From the NCBI GenBank assembly GCA_002811645.1, contig PDIP01000043.1, positions 18,437 to 82,436 of the forward strand: DNA of 64,000 nt. The letters run 5' to 3'. The stretch comes from Corallochytrium limacisporum Hawaii. Its lineage: Eukaryota; Protista; Pluriformea. Shown here piece by piece: positions 1 through 9,879 of the stretch (positions are counted from its first letter, which is position 1; each line of letters starts with the position of its first letter). The translations under genes were made by a program, and so were the position numbers. The notes beneath the pieces are model-generated. The model had not been told where the DNA came from and made no database searches. It worked only from the letters and a program-made list of their open reading frames with translations.

Positions 1-2
1 CG

Positions 3-230
3 CGCATGCAGAACCAGACAGAGACTCCTCTCAAGTACAAGAACCTGTTGCAAACGGCAAGATTGATTCTGCACGAGGAAGGATTCCAGGCATTTTACCG
101 AGGCATGGGCACCAATCTGTTGCGTGTAACACCGGCTGGGGCTCTCACTTTCCTTTCATACGAGACCTTCCGCGACTACCTCACAAATAACCCTATTCCG
201 GGCGTGACAATACCAAAGCCACGCGGATGA
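3..230 (+). CDS. Mitochondrial carrier (SLC25 family), 3' end only; gene runs off the left edge
   Basis: The segment RMQ...KY..L....RLILHEEGFQAFYRGMGTNLLRVTPAGALTFLSYE matches the third carrier repeat (EG...FYRG...LR..P...F..YE). It most resembles the folate/NAD/pyrimidine-nucleotide carrier group. Confidence 0.85.
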   Translation, partial: RMQNQTETPLKYKNLLQTARLILHEEGFQAFYRGMGTNLLRVTPAGALTFLSYETFRDYLTNNPIPGVTIPKPRG

Positions 231-406
231 GACGCAGACAAACATGTCACCACATCATGTAACATAGCCATTTTCTACTTTTATTATGCCCTTAGCATCT
301 TTTTTAATACACATCCATCGTCATCGAATGCATCGCTAGAATGTACTGTATGTGGAGGCCGTTCAGAGATGGGGAGTATTCTACAAACTTGACCACGCGC
401 AATGTC

Positions 407-886
407 TCAAACGTCGAGCTTGAGGTTAACAAGTGCAAATTTTACGTCCTTCTTGCCATGCAGCCCAGAATAGATTGTGACCTTGTGTACCGGACTTGAC
501 CCAGAATCCGTGACAGTCTGTGTACCGTATCCTTTGCCTTCCCAGACCTGAGTCTCAGTGTTCTTGCGGAAATGAGATTGCATGGTCTGCGTGCTGTGGG
601 TGGCACACTTGCGCAAATTAGCCAGCTTCAGAGCCTGACGACGCAGCTCCCATTCGTTCCAGGCGTACTTTGGATTGATGAACTTTACAATAGGGTGTAG
701 TTCGGTCTGGATGCTCTGGTCATTCTTGAAGATTGCAGCCGCAGCACCGAGAGCTCGGCTGTCGGTTGTGGAACCACTGACAGTCCCTTCTGAGCTAGCA
801 AGAGAGGCAAACTGGACAGGGACAGCGCTCGTGCTCTTTACTCCGCCCTTGAGTTCGTCAAGAGCTTCCGCCAAGTTACTGATCAA
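407..886 (-). CDS. CFAP206: C-terminal portion of cilia- and flagella-associated protein 206; truncated gene or pseudogene, start unresolved
   Basis: QTELH...YAWNEWELRRQALKLANLRKCATHSTQT.QSHFRK.TETQV...GL.G...VNL.LDV matches the distinctive CFAP206 C-terminus. The ORF begins at TTG; the nearest upstream in-frame ATG (937) is cut off by TGA at 919-917. Confidence 0.75.
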   Translation of the reverse strand: MISNLAEALDELKGGVKSTSAVPVQFASLASSEGTVSGSTTDSRALGAAAAIFKNDQSIQTELHPIVKFINPKYAWNEWELRRQALKLANLRKCATHSTQTMQSHFRKNTETQVWEGKGYGTQTVTDSGSSPVHKVTIYSGLHGKKDVKFALVNLKLDV

Positions 887-1179
887 TGTTGCGCTGTGTT
901 GTCGAGATTCAAATTGTCAGCGCAAGCACGAGTTCATGTGGGGGGGGAGAAGACCAGGGAGCGGTAGGAAGCCAACGGCCTATCGAAATATGATGAAATA
1001 CACGAATCCCTGATTTATCTCTTTTTTTTTTTGGGCGCGAGAGTATTAGGACGTGCACGCAGTCGCGACAATGATGGGTTTCACAGCGGAGGCTACTTCG
1101 GAAGGAGTTCTTCGGGGACACGTTCTGGTCTTGTGGGCATAGTTTGCACAGTTTTTTCTCTTTGGCATTTGTGGTAGTC

Positions 1180-1947
1180 ATGCCAATTGCAGACGAGAAA
1201 TCAGCGCAGGCCGCTCTTCAGTTGCCGAGGAATGAGGCAGATTTCCTCGAACGGTGTACTAATGAGTATGAGCAATACTGTGCGCAGATCGAAAGACTGA
1301 CGGGGTCACTGAAGAGACAAAAATTACGATTTGAAGACCAAGAGCAGTCTTTGACGGAATGGCTAGCTTCACTGGATATCAATCTTGATTCCTTCGACTA
1401 CCCCACAAGAGAAAATGTTCAAGAGATATCTGCAGTGGCGACAGCGTTGAATGCAACGGACTGCACGGAAGGGTCAATCCTGCCATTACTTAGTGAGCTT
1501 ACAATCGCGGGTGACCAGGTGGAGGAACACAGCGCTGAGTTACGTTCACAGCAAAGAGATATTGTTACACGGATCGAAATGCTCAAGGATTTTGGACAGG
1601 TTGTGGAGGCCGTTGAATGTCAGGTGAAAGCAGATCTAACCGCTCGCAAGGCAGCCTTAGAGAAAGACGGACAGTGGACCTCGTTCCTTCGGACCAAAGA
1701 ACAGGAGTACAAACGAAATGCCCAGCAGTACGAGTTACACGTTGATCAACAGCACGAGGATCTAGTCTCATCATACAAGGATCTGCAGAAAAAGAAGGCA
1801 CTGGTTGCCTCCAAGGAGCAGAGCCTTGCGAAATACCGCGATCTGCCACCTGACCTCACAGCAGCACGTATTCAACTGCAGGATGCCAAACGAGAATTAG
1901 CAGAAATGGATAGAAGAATTGCATTGCATCTTAATGACTATCAATAG
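1180..1947 (+). CDS. HAUS1: HAUS augmin-like complex subunit 1
   Basis: Coiled-coil protein whose C-terminal KYRDLPPDLTAARIQLQDAKREL is typical of HAUS1. First ATG is at 1180. Confidence 0.7.
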   Translation: MPIADEKSAQAALQLPRNEADFLERCTNEYEQYCAQIERLTGSLKRQKLRFEDQEQSLTEWLASLDINLDSFDYPTRENVQEISAVATALNATDCTEGSILPLLSELTIAGDQVEEHSAELRSQQRDIVTRIEMLKDFGQVVEAVECQVKADLTARKAALEKDGQWTSFLRTKEQEYKRNAQQYELHVDQQHEDLVSSYKDLQKKKALVASKEQSLAKYRDLPPDLTAARIQLQDAKRELAEMDRRIALHLNDYQ

Positions 1948-2099
1948 CACGAATAAGCGTAAACGAAGACTTCTAGATATTCTGATATACATGAATTTCA
2001 GTAGCCAGCGGCATGGAATGAGAATCCTCAAGTTCTGTCTTAGCATGGCTCGTTTTCGGGAGTGTGATTTCCTCTTTTTCAAATCGGCGTTCCCTTCAG

Positions 2100-3329
2100 T
2101 TACATGATACTGCATTCATCTTTACTCTTTGAAGGCGGCGCTATAGGGGAGGCGTCGGATGCACCATTGGTCTTGCTGTGGTCGTTCTCTTTGGACAGGG
2201 GAGATGCAGGGTATCCATTCTCCTTGCCCGACATTCCGGATGCTGCGATACCAAGAGCGGGTGATTGAGGCCGTCCTGGTTGCCTATTGGCAAGGTTCTT
2301 CATGTGAGTCAAGATCTTTGGGACATCTCCGTGCACGGGGCGAATATAGTCAAAGTAGACCTTCTGAGCCGCCTGGAAGGACATAAAGTCCGCCATGAGA
2401 TAATCAAAAAGCATTAGAAGCTCAATGATCCGAATGGCCCTGGGCTTCTGGGCGTGAGCAATGTCCAAAGGTCGTTTGCCCTCGCTACTCATCTGATTCG
2501 GATTGGCTCCACGCTGCAGCAAAAACTCCACAATGCAAAACTTGCCACCTCGGCGGCATGCGACATGCAACACTGTCTCACCTGTAGAATTGAAGGCCCC
2601 CACATCCGCTCCGGAGTCAATGGCCCGCACTACCTCGTTCTCCAAACCTCGGGATACGGCCGCAAACAGACGGCGGTTGTTGGAGTTTGTGGTGTCGATC
2701 AAGCGCTGAAACTCATCACGCACTGCAGGGCTGGCCTGCCTCAATTTTGTTTTGATAATATCAATGGAAGAGTAGCCTAGATTGTTCTTAATCTCAAGGT
2801 CCGCACCGGATTCAAGAAGCATCTGTACCAGCGGAAGGTTTCCCGCGTCGCAGGAGTAGTGCATGGCAGTATTGCCCTTAACTGTCTGCTGATTCACGTT
2901 GTCATACTTCACAAGCAAGACTCGCGCAATTGGCACGTAGTTCTTTTGGACTGCCACATGCAGAGGTGTGAAGCCACGGTTGTCAACAACATCTGAGTTC
3001 TCTACATAATCTAACAGGACCTTAACAATTTCCAATTTGTTACGATGCACCGCCCGGTGCAGTGCAGTATGGCCGTTCTTTATGTCCGGGACCTCGCCGA
3101 TTGATGGTTCACTACTGATCAGCTCTTTTACCCTGTCAACAGAGTTCCTATCTATGGCAGCCCACAACAGCTTGTGTGGAGGAGCGGAAGAAGCGCGAGA
3201 TATGCCGGAGATGCCGGAAAAGATTGACTGTGCCCTATCAGCGCCTGTGGTCTCAGAGTTCTCCAACCGAGCCAGGTTCTCAGCCGTCAGAGCACCTGGG
3301 TCGTTGCGGTCTGAAGTCTTGCGCACCAT
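2100..3329 (-). CDS. Ankyrin repeat protein with C-terminal CaaX box (CSIM)
   Basis: Repeated GHTALHRA, GFTPLHVA, GNTAMHY and GETVLHVA ankyrin motifs; ends KSKDECSIM*. Confidence 0.9.
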   Translation of the reverse strand: MVRKTSDRNDPGALTAENLARLENSETTGADRAQSIFSGISGISRASSAPPHKLLWAAIDRNSVDRVKELISSEPSIGEVPDIKNGHTALHRAVHRNKLEIVKVLLDYVENSDVVDNRGFTPLHVAVQKNYVPIARVLLVKYDNVNQQTVKGNTAMHYSCDAGNLPLVQMLLESGADLEIKNNLGYSSIDIIKTKLRQASPAVRDEFQRLIDTTNSNNRRLFAAVSRGLENEVVRAIDSGADVGAFNSTGETVLHVACRRGGKFCIVEFLLQRGANPNQMSSEGKRPLDIAHAQKPRAIRIIELLMLFDYLMADFMSFQAAQKVYFDYIRPVHGDVPKILTHMKNLANRQPGRPQSPALGIAASGMSGKENGYPASPLSKENDHSKTNGASDASPIAPPSKSKDECSIM

Positions 3330-5276
3330 CTTTCCTGTTGAGAAACTGAGCCTCTGCAGTCCGGAGCCCAGAAGTGGAATGGATTTGCAGTGGTGGCCGG
3401 TTTAAAGTTCGTGACTTACGACTTGATGCCCCAAATGAGCTGGCTCTTACACTGTGGTCACGTCTCTACATACCTGACAACAGCGTAAAACCAAAGCATC
3501 CCTTGCAGCCCGTGCCCACGTCCAGAAACCTTAGTCCCAAGTTCCAATCTACCCACAGAACTGCGCAGTAATATCGATACTGTATTACTAAGACCCTTCG
3601 GTTTCAAACGCTGTATCTGAAGACCCGTCGGACAAACTGGGCTTGGATACGGTGACGAGATCCGCGACGAGAAGTGCCAATAGCTGTGTGGGAGCTTCAG
3701 GGTGGGAGTGAATCTGAGGGCCCAGCCAGGGCAAATGCAGTCTGCAGTAGAGAAAAGATACTGTCTCTCGTCGTGGTTGTGCTTTCTTTGGTGTGCCAGC
3801 GTTTCAATTTGTCACCCTCGGGCACTCCGTTCACATACGTCACTTGGCGAGTAACACAGCGAGGGAAACTTGATACAGAGAACACCGGCGGGAGGGGTTC
3901 AACAGACCGTTGCCCCAAAGGAGAGGAGTCAAGACCGCGAATGCAGCTGAGGGTGGGTCTAGTGAGAAATAGCGATCGCAAGACGCGCCCTATATATTCG
4001 TTATATAATCAAAATCCTGGGGAGGCACACAATTTCCCATATGCAGCAACAGCGAGTGAGTAAGAAGAAAAGGCAAAACAAAATTACAGAACTGCAATGA
4101 TTGGCTATAGCAAACGTACCAGGATCGCAAGTCTTTTTTGGTTTCCGTTAATCCGGGATCCACGAGTGAGAGAGTGTGTGTCCGAAACATATTTTGCAAA
4201 TAGTAATATTGATCAGTTTGTGAACGTTGGTGTGGGGTTAAAATTAGGCCCCCGATCCGACTCCGTGACCGACCCTCTGCGTTTGGACGGCTGTGTGGTG
4301 GTGGATGGGGAGTATCGTGGCCGTCCCCCACCACCACCCCCCCCCCCTATTTTTCTTACCCCCGCGAAGCTCCGTTGCGAGGCAGTGGGGAAGGGGAATG
4401 GCGGTGTTTGGGGGCCCAAACACTGGCGCGACGGTGGAAACACCGTGGAAGGCTTCCATACAAAAACTACCCAATCTGTGTGCGTCCCGCGCTGACCCGC
4501 CACTTCCACCCCTTCCCTCCCTTCCCTGTGCCTTCGCTTGAGGTCCCGAGGTTCATTTCCGCGGCGTAATTGCAACCCCCCCCCGGGGGGGGGGGGCTTT
4601 CGGGGCCCTTCGCGACAATTTTCTGGGAAATACTTCCCATACAAACAGCATAGCCACGCACAGAAATCTCGGGGGGCGGGGACACGGGGCGGGCGCGAAG
4701 TGTTCGAAAGCCAGATTGAGGGAGGTAGTATCATTAGTCCAAAGGGGGGGGGTCTCTATTCCCCCGGCCAGCAAGCCAGAGAGCATCGCAACCTCAGCCT
4801 GCTCATCGATGGATCGCACACAAATACACGCATATTCTCTCTCTCTTTCTTTCACACTGAACATGGGATGCCATGTCTATTGGGAGCTGGTATCTCCCCA
4901 CAGCAATTTTGACTTCCACCCCACCCAACCAATGAGAGGGAAAGCCAAGAGGATCCACTTCCCTTCGGTGTGTATGAGATGTGTATGAGATGGTTCTCCG
5001 ACGCAACCAAAGCCCGTTAATGAGTCGTTGCAAGGTTGCATCTGCCGTGTATCGCACGAAAGCAAACTAATTGTGCCCACTCATCTGTTGCCTGGACTGT
5101 GACGAGTGGTCGGAAGTCCGTTTGTTTGTGTGGGTTGAGACAATGACCGTTATATTTGCTTGTGTGGACAGTTATTTCGGGCTCCTGCTTTGAAAATCTT
5201 CCAAGTGCCAACCTCCCAATGTATACAGCGACTCCACAATACTTTGAACACACACAATCAAAGAGGAAGTCAAACC

Positions 5277-7598
5277 ATGGCCATCCCTAGCCGCATCCCA
5301 ACACCCATGAAGGGTCGTCTCTCAATTGGACATGCCTCTTCATTCTTTGCCTCCAAGGGGGGCCATGACAGTTATGTTGAACAGCAGCTCAGCTACCGCA
5401 ATGACAAATTTGTCAGCCATCTCCGTGATGACCAGGAAAACGTGCCTGTCAAGAAGGTAAACAAGAATAAGAGGGGTCGCCGTCCCGTCAAGAAGGCCAA
5501 TTATCAGAAGGAAAACAGTAACAGTCGCGGCAGCAGTACTACGGTCTCTCGGAGCAGTTCCAACAACGACCAAAACGAAAACTCTGCCCACTTTGTGAGC
5601 CGGAACTCCAGTAACAACAGCACTGCCCCCCAGAAGAAGAAGCCCAGGAAGGCTGGCAATGGCAAAAGTGAGAGGAGGAGACAGCAGAAGGATTCGCAGA
5701 CTCGTGCTTTAAAATCCATTCTAAACAGTCAGCAGGCTGCCCTGGGAAATACCAACGATGACATTCCGGACGTGCAGCTGACGGCTGTCAGCACAGAACA
5801 AGAAGATGAGGATCTTCTGGCAGACTTCAATGAGCCTTGCACTGTAGTGCACAGCCCCGGTGAAGTCAAATTGTGCACCCCCGGTGATACTGCACTGCAC
5901 GTGGCCGTTCTGACCAGCGACACGGGTTCCGTTAAGCGCCTGGTGCGCGTCGGATCCCTGAATCGCAGCGACATAAACGCTCCAAACGCAGAGGGCGAAA
6001 CTCCTTTGCATCTGGCAGCGAAACAGGGTAACGCAGAGCTTGTTGAGCATCTGGTGGCGGAGTGCCGGGCTGACGTGGCCGCCAAGAATCGCAGTAAGCA
6101 CCGGGAGACACCGTTGGCCGTTGCGGTGCGGGAAGGCAAAGCCGAGGCCGTCTCTCGTCTGCTGCACATGGGGGCAAGCGTTGCGGAATGGCGCTCAAGG
6201 TCGAATGGTGACAATTTGCTGCACTTAGCTGTGGGCGAAGGCAAGAGCCGTGCCACCCTGCACGCGATGATGTTGCTTGCCCCTGAGGTGTGCGGGCTTG
6301 TAAATCAGAGCAACAGAAGTGGTAAGACACCTTTTGACTGTCTAATCCAGGACCTGTGTCGCGATGATCTGACAGAACAGGAGCGCGATAACTTGTTAAT
6401 GTTGGTGAATGAGCTGCTGGCTGGTGGTTGCCGAATTGAGCAAGACGACTCCGAGATCTTCAATCACATCGCAGAGGGCGGCAATATTGCCCTGGCTGAA
6501 TTGTTGGCATCCTATGGCCTGGCAACTGAGAAACTGAGCAAGCTGAGCGTCACGTGCATGGACATTTGGCAATGTCAGCAGGATCTCAACAAGGCTATCA
6601 CTGCTGGAGATGACCGCGCGGTTCAGACATTGCTGGAGTCCACATACGGCCATTTGACTCGTCGCACTCGCTCAGCCATTGTTAACGCATATTCTCGCAT
6701 CTTTGCCAGTGACGGAGAGGCCGGAACTCGCAGCCGCCCCTTGCAGGCCGCAGTGAGAGCTCACGCAACAAAGGACGTCCTGGAGACTCTGTTCCTTTGG
6801 GGTTGTGACCCTCGTCTGTGCATCTTCCCGGTTGACGAAAATGATGTCCTGGACCAAATGCTGCAGATTGTGGAGCGGGAGAGCTGGAAGTGCTCCCCTT
6901 GGGCTGCATGGAGGGACGTGTTGGCGGACCAAAGCGGTGGTGATTTTGCCTACTGTCCAATGATCTGGTCCCGTCCTCCCTTGCGTGATGAAGAGGATCC
7001 AGAAGCCTACGACACGCTCTGCCAGTACTTGGAATCCTGCAATGTCATCAGCCTCTTTGTTAAGGCTATTGATGAAGCTGACGGTGACCTGGTCATTGCC
7101 CGCGATGTGTACTTCAACATGATATCCCCTGTCCAGCGTCACCACATAGAGTCACGGGTGGCTCTCGATGTGCAGTTGGCCGACGCTCGGCTGGGCATGG
7201 AAGCATACGATCAGCAACTCGAGGAACAGCAGACCATCATTGATGAGCAGGAGAAGAAAATGGCCAGCCTTCAGTCGGAAATATTTGATTTGACTGAGAA
7301 GGTGGAGCAATTGATTGTCAGTGCCAAACTTGACCAACCTGACCTCCACGAGTCTGAAATGGAGACAGAGATCATCAAAACTGGGATCGAGACCAACCTT
7401 CGGACCATCGTTGAGGACAAACCTGAGGCTGATCCAGCTCTGATTAACGAGAAAGAGAACGACGCGAAGCCCATACAAGGCGAGGAGCAGGTCATTGGTG
7501 GCCAGCAACGCACCGCCACGGAGAAGATGCGCATGTCCCGCGAGATCCCGGACCATGGCAAGAAGCCCAAGCAGAAGGCCTGCTGCATTGTGATGTGA
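5277..7598 (+). CDS. Ankyrin repeat and coiled-coil protein with C-terminal CaaX box (CCIVM)
   Basis: ATG in aaccATGG context at 5277. Basic disordered N-terminus, GDTALHVA/GETPLHLA/GDNLLHLA ankyrin motifs, coiled coil, ends KKPKQKACCIVM*. Confidence 0.88.
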   Translation: MAIPSRIPTPMKGRLSIGHASSFFASKGGHDSYVEQQLSYRNDKFVSHLRDDQENVPVKKVNKNKRGRRPVKKANYQKENSNSRGSSTTVSRSSSNNDQNENSAHFVSRNSSNNSTAPQKKKPRKAGNGKSERRRQQKDSQTRALKSILNSQQAALGNTNDDIPDVQLTAVSTEQEDEDLLADFNEPCTVVHSPGEVKLCTPGDTALHVAVLTSDTGSVKRLVRVGSLNRSDINAPNAEGETPLHLAAKQGNAELVEHLVAECRADVAAKNRSKHRETPLAVAVREGKAEAVSRLLHMGASVAEWRSRSNGDNLLHLAVGEGKSRATLHAMMLLAPEVCGLVNQSNRSGKTPFDCLIQDLCRDDLTEQERDNLLMLVNELLAGGCRIEQDDSEIFNHIAEGGNIALAELLASYGLATEKLSKLSVTCMDIWQCQQDLNKAITAGDDRAVQTLLESTYGHLTRRTRSAIVNAYSRIFASDGEAGTRSRPLQAAVRAHATKDVLETLFLWGCDPRLCIFPVDENDVLDQMLQIVERESWKCSPWAAWRDVLADQSGGDFAYCPMIWSRPPLRDEEDPEAYDTLCQYLESCNVISLFVKAIDEADGDLVIARDVYFNMISPVQRHHIESRVALDVQLADARLGMEAYDQQLEEQQTIIDEQEKKMASLQSEIFDLTEKVEQLIVSAKLDQPDLHESEMETEIIKTGIETNLRTIVEDKPEADPALINEKENDAKPIQGEEQVIGGQQRTATEKMRMSREIPDHGKKPKQKACCIVM

Positions 7599-7855
7599 AT
7601 TCCGGGGAACGGTTCACCGAAATCAAAATAAACCAGCAGTATTCCTTCCATAACACTTTTTGACATGAGCGGTAAAAAACAAAAATGCATGAGAATGTAT
7701 TGTATTCTCGCTTTCTAATAACTGTATGAAATGATCCCTGTGTTATGACAATGCGTTTCGACTGAAACGGGCTAGCGATCACCAGGACCACATACTTAGG
7801 ATTCCCTTTCAGTCTCCTCCGCTGCCAAAAACGTAAATCCTTTAGAGAAACCTAC

Positions 7856-8875
7856 TTACATCAGTTCCTCGTAGGGAGATCCGAGGCGGCGGCGGGTAGG
7901 CTGGTCGTTCTCCTTCGGGGGATTCTCAAGGATGACCACAGCCATGGGCTGGCGACGGATGGAGATGCCCATGGGCGTGATAATAGGGTCCATGCGAGCC
8001 AGGACGGACACAATCGATCCACGGCGTATGTGTGACTGTTCCTGAGGCAGCCGGGTGTGGAAGCGGTCGTATACGGCCACACTACGACGAACCAAGCCAC
8101 GGTCGTACATTTCTTGGTCAATTTCAGTAATGATATTGGCAGGATTGGGCTTGGAGTTGGCATTGAAGGAAATGTAGAGCTTCTTCCGGAAGATGATGTA
8201 GTCAGAGCCGGGGACTTCGTGGCCCTCTGGGTCGGTGTTGGTCTTGACAAGGGAGGTCAACATGTCCTCCAGAGAGCCCACGGTGGCCTCCATGTCACCG
8301 CGGTTCTTGGCCAGGGCCTTCTTGTCCCGCAGAGAGGGATACTCATTCAGGTTCTCTGCGATATGGTCCAGTAGCTTGGCCTCAAACTCTTTGAGAAACT
8401 CAACATACTGATCAAAGTGGGCCTGCAGGTCGGCGCTCATGCGGTCGTTCTTGGAAATTGCAACCATTAAACCAGCCAGAGCGGGGTCAGTGTTGCGCAC
8501 AATGGCGTTCTTAGGATCCGCGTTCTTCTTGGCCAGGACAAGGTCACCCTGCGGCCCGAGGAAAGAGAAAAGAGCGTTCGCCCAGGGGCTCAGAACGCGC
8601 AGACCAGGCAAGTCGGTGTTGGGCATGTAAACGACGGGCTGCACCTGGCCGGAGACGTTCTCTTTCGGCTCAATGGTCAAGGCATCGAGATCAATGTTCT
8701 TGAAGGACTCAGCATGACGGTCATAGGCCTGCAAAGCAATGTCGTGCAGGGCCTGAGAACCTTCAGCGGCAGCGTCCATGTCCCCAACAGACGGCATGCC
8801 AGCCATTGTGCGCAGAGCAACGGGCCTGATGGCATTGGAGAGATTCCTCCGGGCAAGGTTACGTAGGGTAAGCAT
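7856..8875 (-). CDS. Putative mitochondrion-targeted single-stranded DNA-binding protein of the NCLDV (DUF2738-like) / T7 gp2.5-like OB-fold type
   Basis: 339-aa ORF with strong GC3 codon bias. The N-terminal 24 aa are Arg-rich and acid-free, like a presequence. Motif order FKNIDLD.LTI..K...G / LRVLSP / F..FLKEFEAKLLDHI.EN / LVK...D / VYD...IRRGSIVSV...G.S...AVVI resembles giant-virus SSBs. The CDS is confident; the family call is by eye. Confidence 0.55.
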   Translation of the reverse strand: MLTLRNLARRNLSNAIRPVALRTMAGMPSVGDMDAAAEGSQALHDIALQAYDRHAESFKNIDLDALTIEPKENVSGQVQPVVYMPNTDLPGLRVLSPWANALFSFLGPQGDLVLAKKNADPKNAIVRNTDPALAGLMVAISKNDRMSADLQAHFDQYVEFLKEFEAKLLDHIAENLNEYPSLRDKKALAKNRGDMEATVGSLEDMLTSLVKTNTDPEGHEVPGSDYIIFRKKLYISFNANSKPNPANIITEIDQEMYDRGLVRRSVAVYDRFHTRLPQEQSHIRRGSIVSVLARMDPIITPMGISIRRQPMAVVILENPPKENDQPTRRRLGSPYEELM

Positions 8876-9879
8876 GTTTTGTTATATGTATCTAACCGGA
8901 CTGATCATATTTTGATTCGAACAATTGTGTTCAGCGTTGAACCAAAAGGGTGACCTGAAATAGTCGTTCCATAAATTACAGGTGAAGCCATGACAATAGA
9001 GACCCAAATTATGTGCAGAGGAGCCTTGGCAAAGAGTATCCATGTACTCAGGACGTACGAACGCTCACCACTACCGACTGTCAACCTCAAAACCAGAGGC
9101 CAGCTGTTCACCAAATGCTTCCCAGACTCCATTCACTCGCACCGGTCCCATTGCAACCCGTCGGCTACCAGTCCATAACGAAACAGTGGCCCTTCCCACC
9201 GCCCCGGCAGCGTTTGTGTTTTGGCGCGAGCGCACAAAACAGAGGGAGTCGCAAGCAGCACCTGGTCCCACCCCGCTGCTGCTGTGGACTGTGTGTGTAT
9301 GGATCAAACGGGGGAACACAAGGAGAGCTCAGTCTCTCAATTTCTTTTCTTGGGTCGGGGTAAGAACTTTTGGCGCCCATACTCCCCTGTCAATTTTTTT
9401 CTTTAAAACTGCGAAATCAACACACCAGCTAGCCCCGGGAAAAGGGTGGAAGGGTGTTGGGTTGAAAATAGACTCCGGTTCCATAAGTAATTGATTAGCG
9501 CCGCTCCCAAATTGTTTTGAGAACCCCCACTGGCCCCCCTCCTTTCCCCGGCGGGTGGGTTTCTCTCAGAAACCGGGGAAGCCTGAGGGTGGAGGGCCAG
9601 CCGTGCAGAAAATTAGCCCTCCTTTCGGGCCGGGAGATGAAGTCACTGCAAATAAGAGGCAATCCTTTCACTGCCACCCGGGTTCTCCTCGCAAGTGACA
9701 AGTCGGAATATGGATTATGTATTTACTTGTGTTGGAAACAAGATAGTGTAGTTGAATAATGAAACAAAGACTTAACTTGATTTGTGTGTTTGACGGGAAC
9801 AATGGGAATGGAAATGGATGGGTTCAAACGATGCATGATTGTGTACATCAACCGGCGATGACAAGTTGATGCATCATTT

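Noticed and set aside
989-1013. ATGATGA...CTGA box C/D-like pair
   Set aside because: Too close together for a snoRNA, and no recognisable rRNA guide or terminal stem.
3466-3600. Minus-strand peptide RFLDVGTGCKG resembling a SAM-methyltransferase motif I
   Set aside because: Short frame bounded by stops, with no start or further motifs; probably chance.
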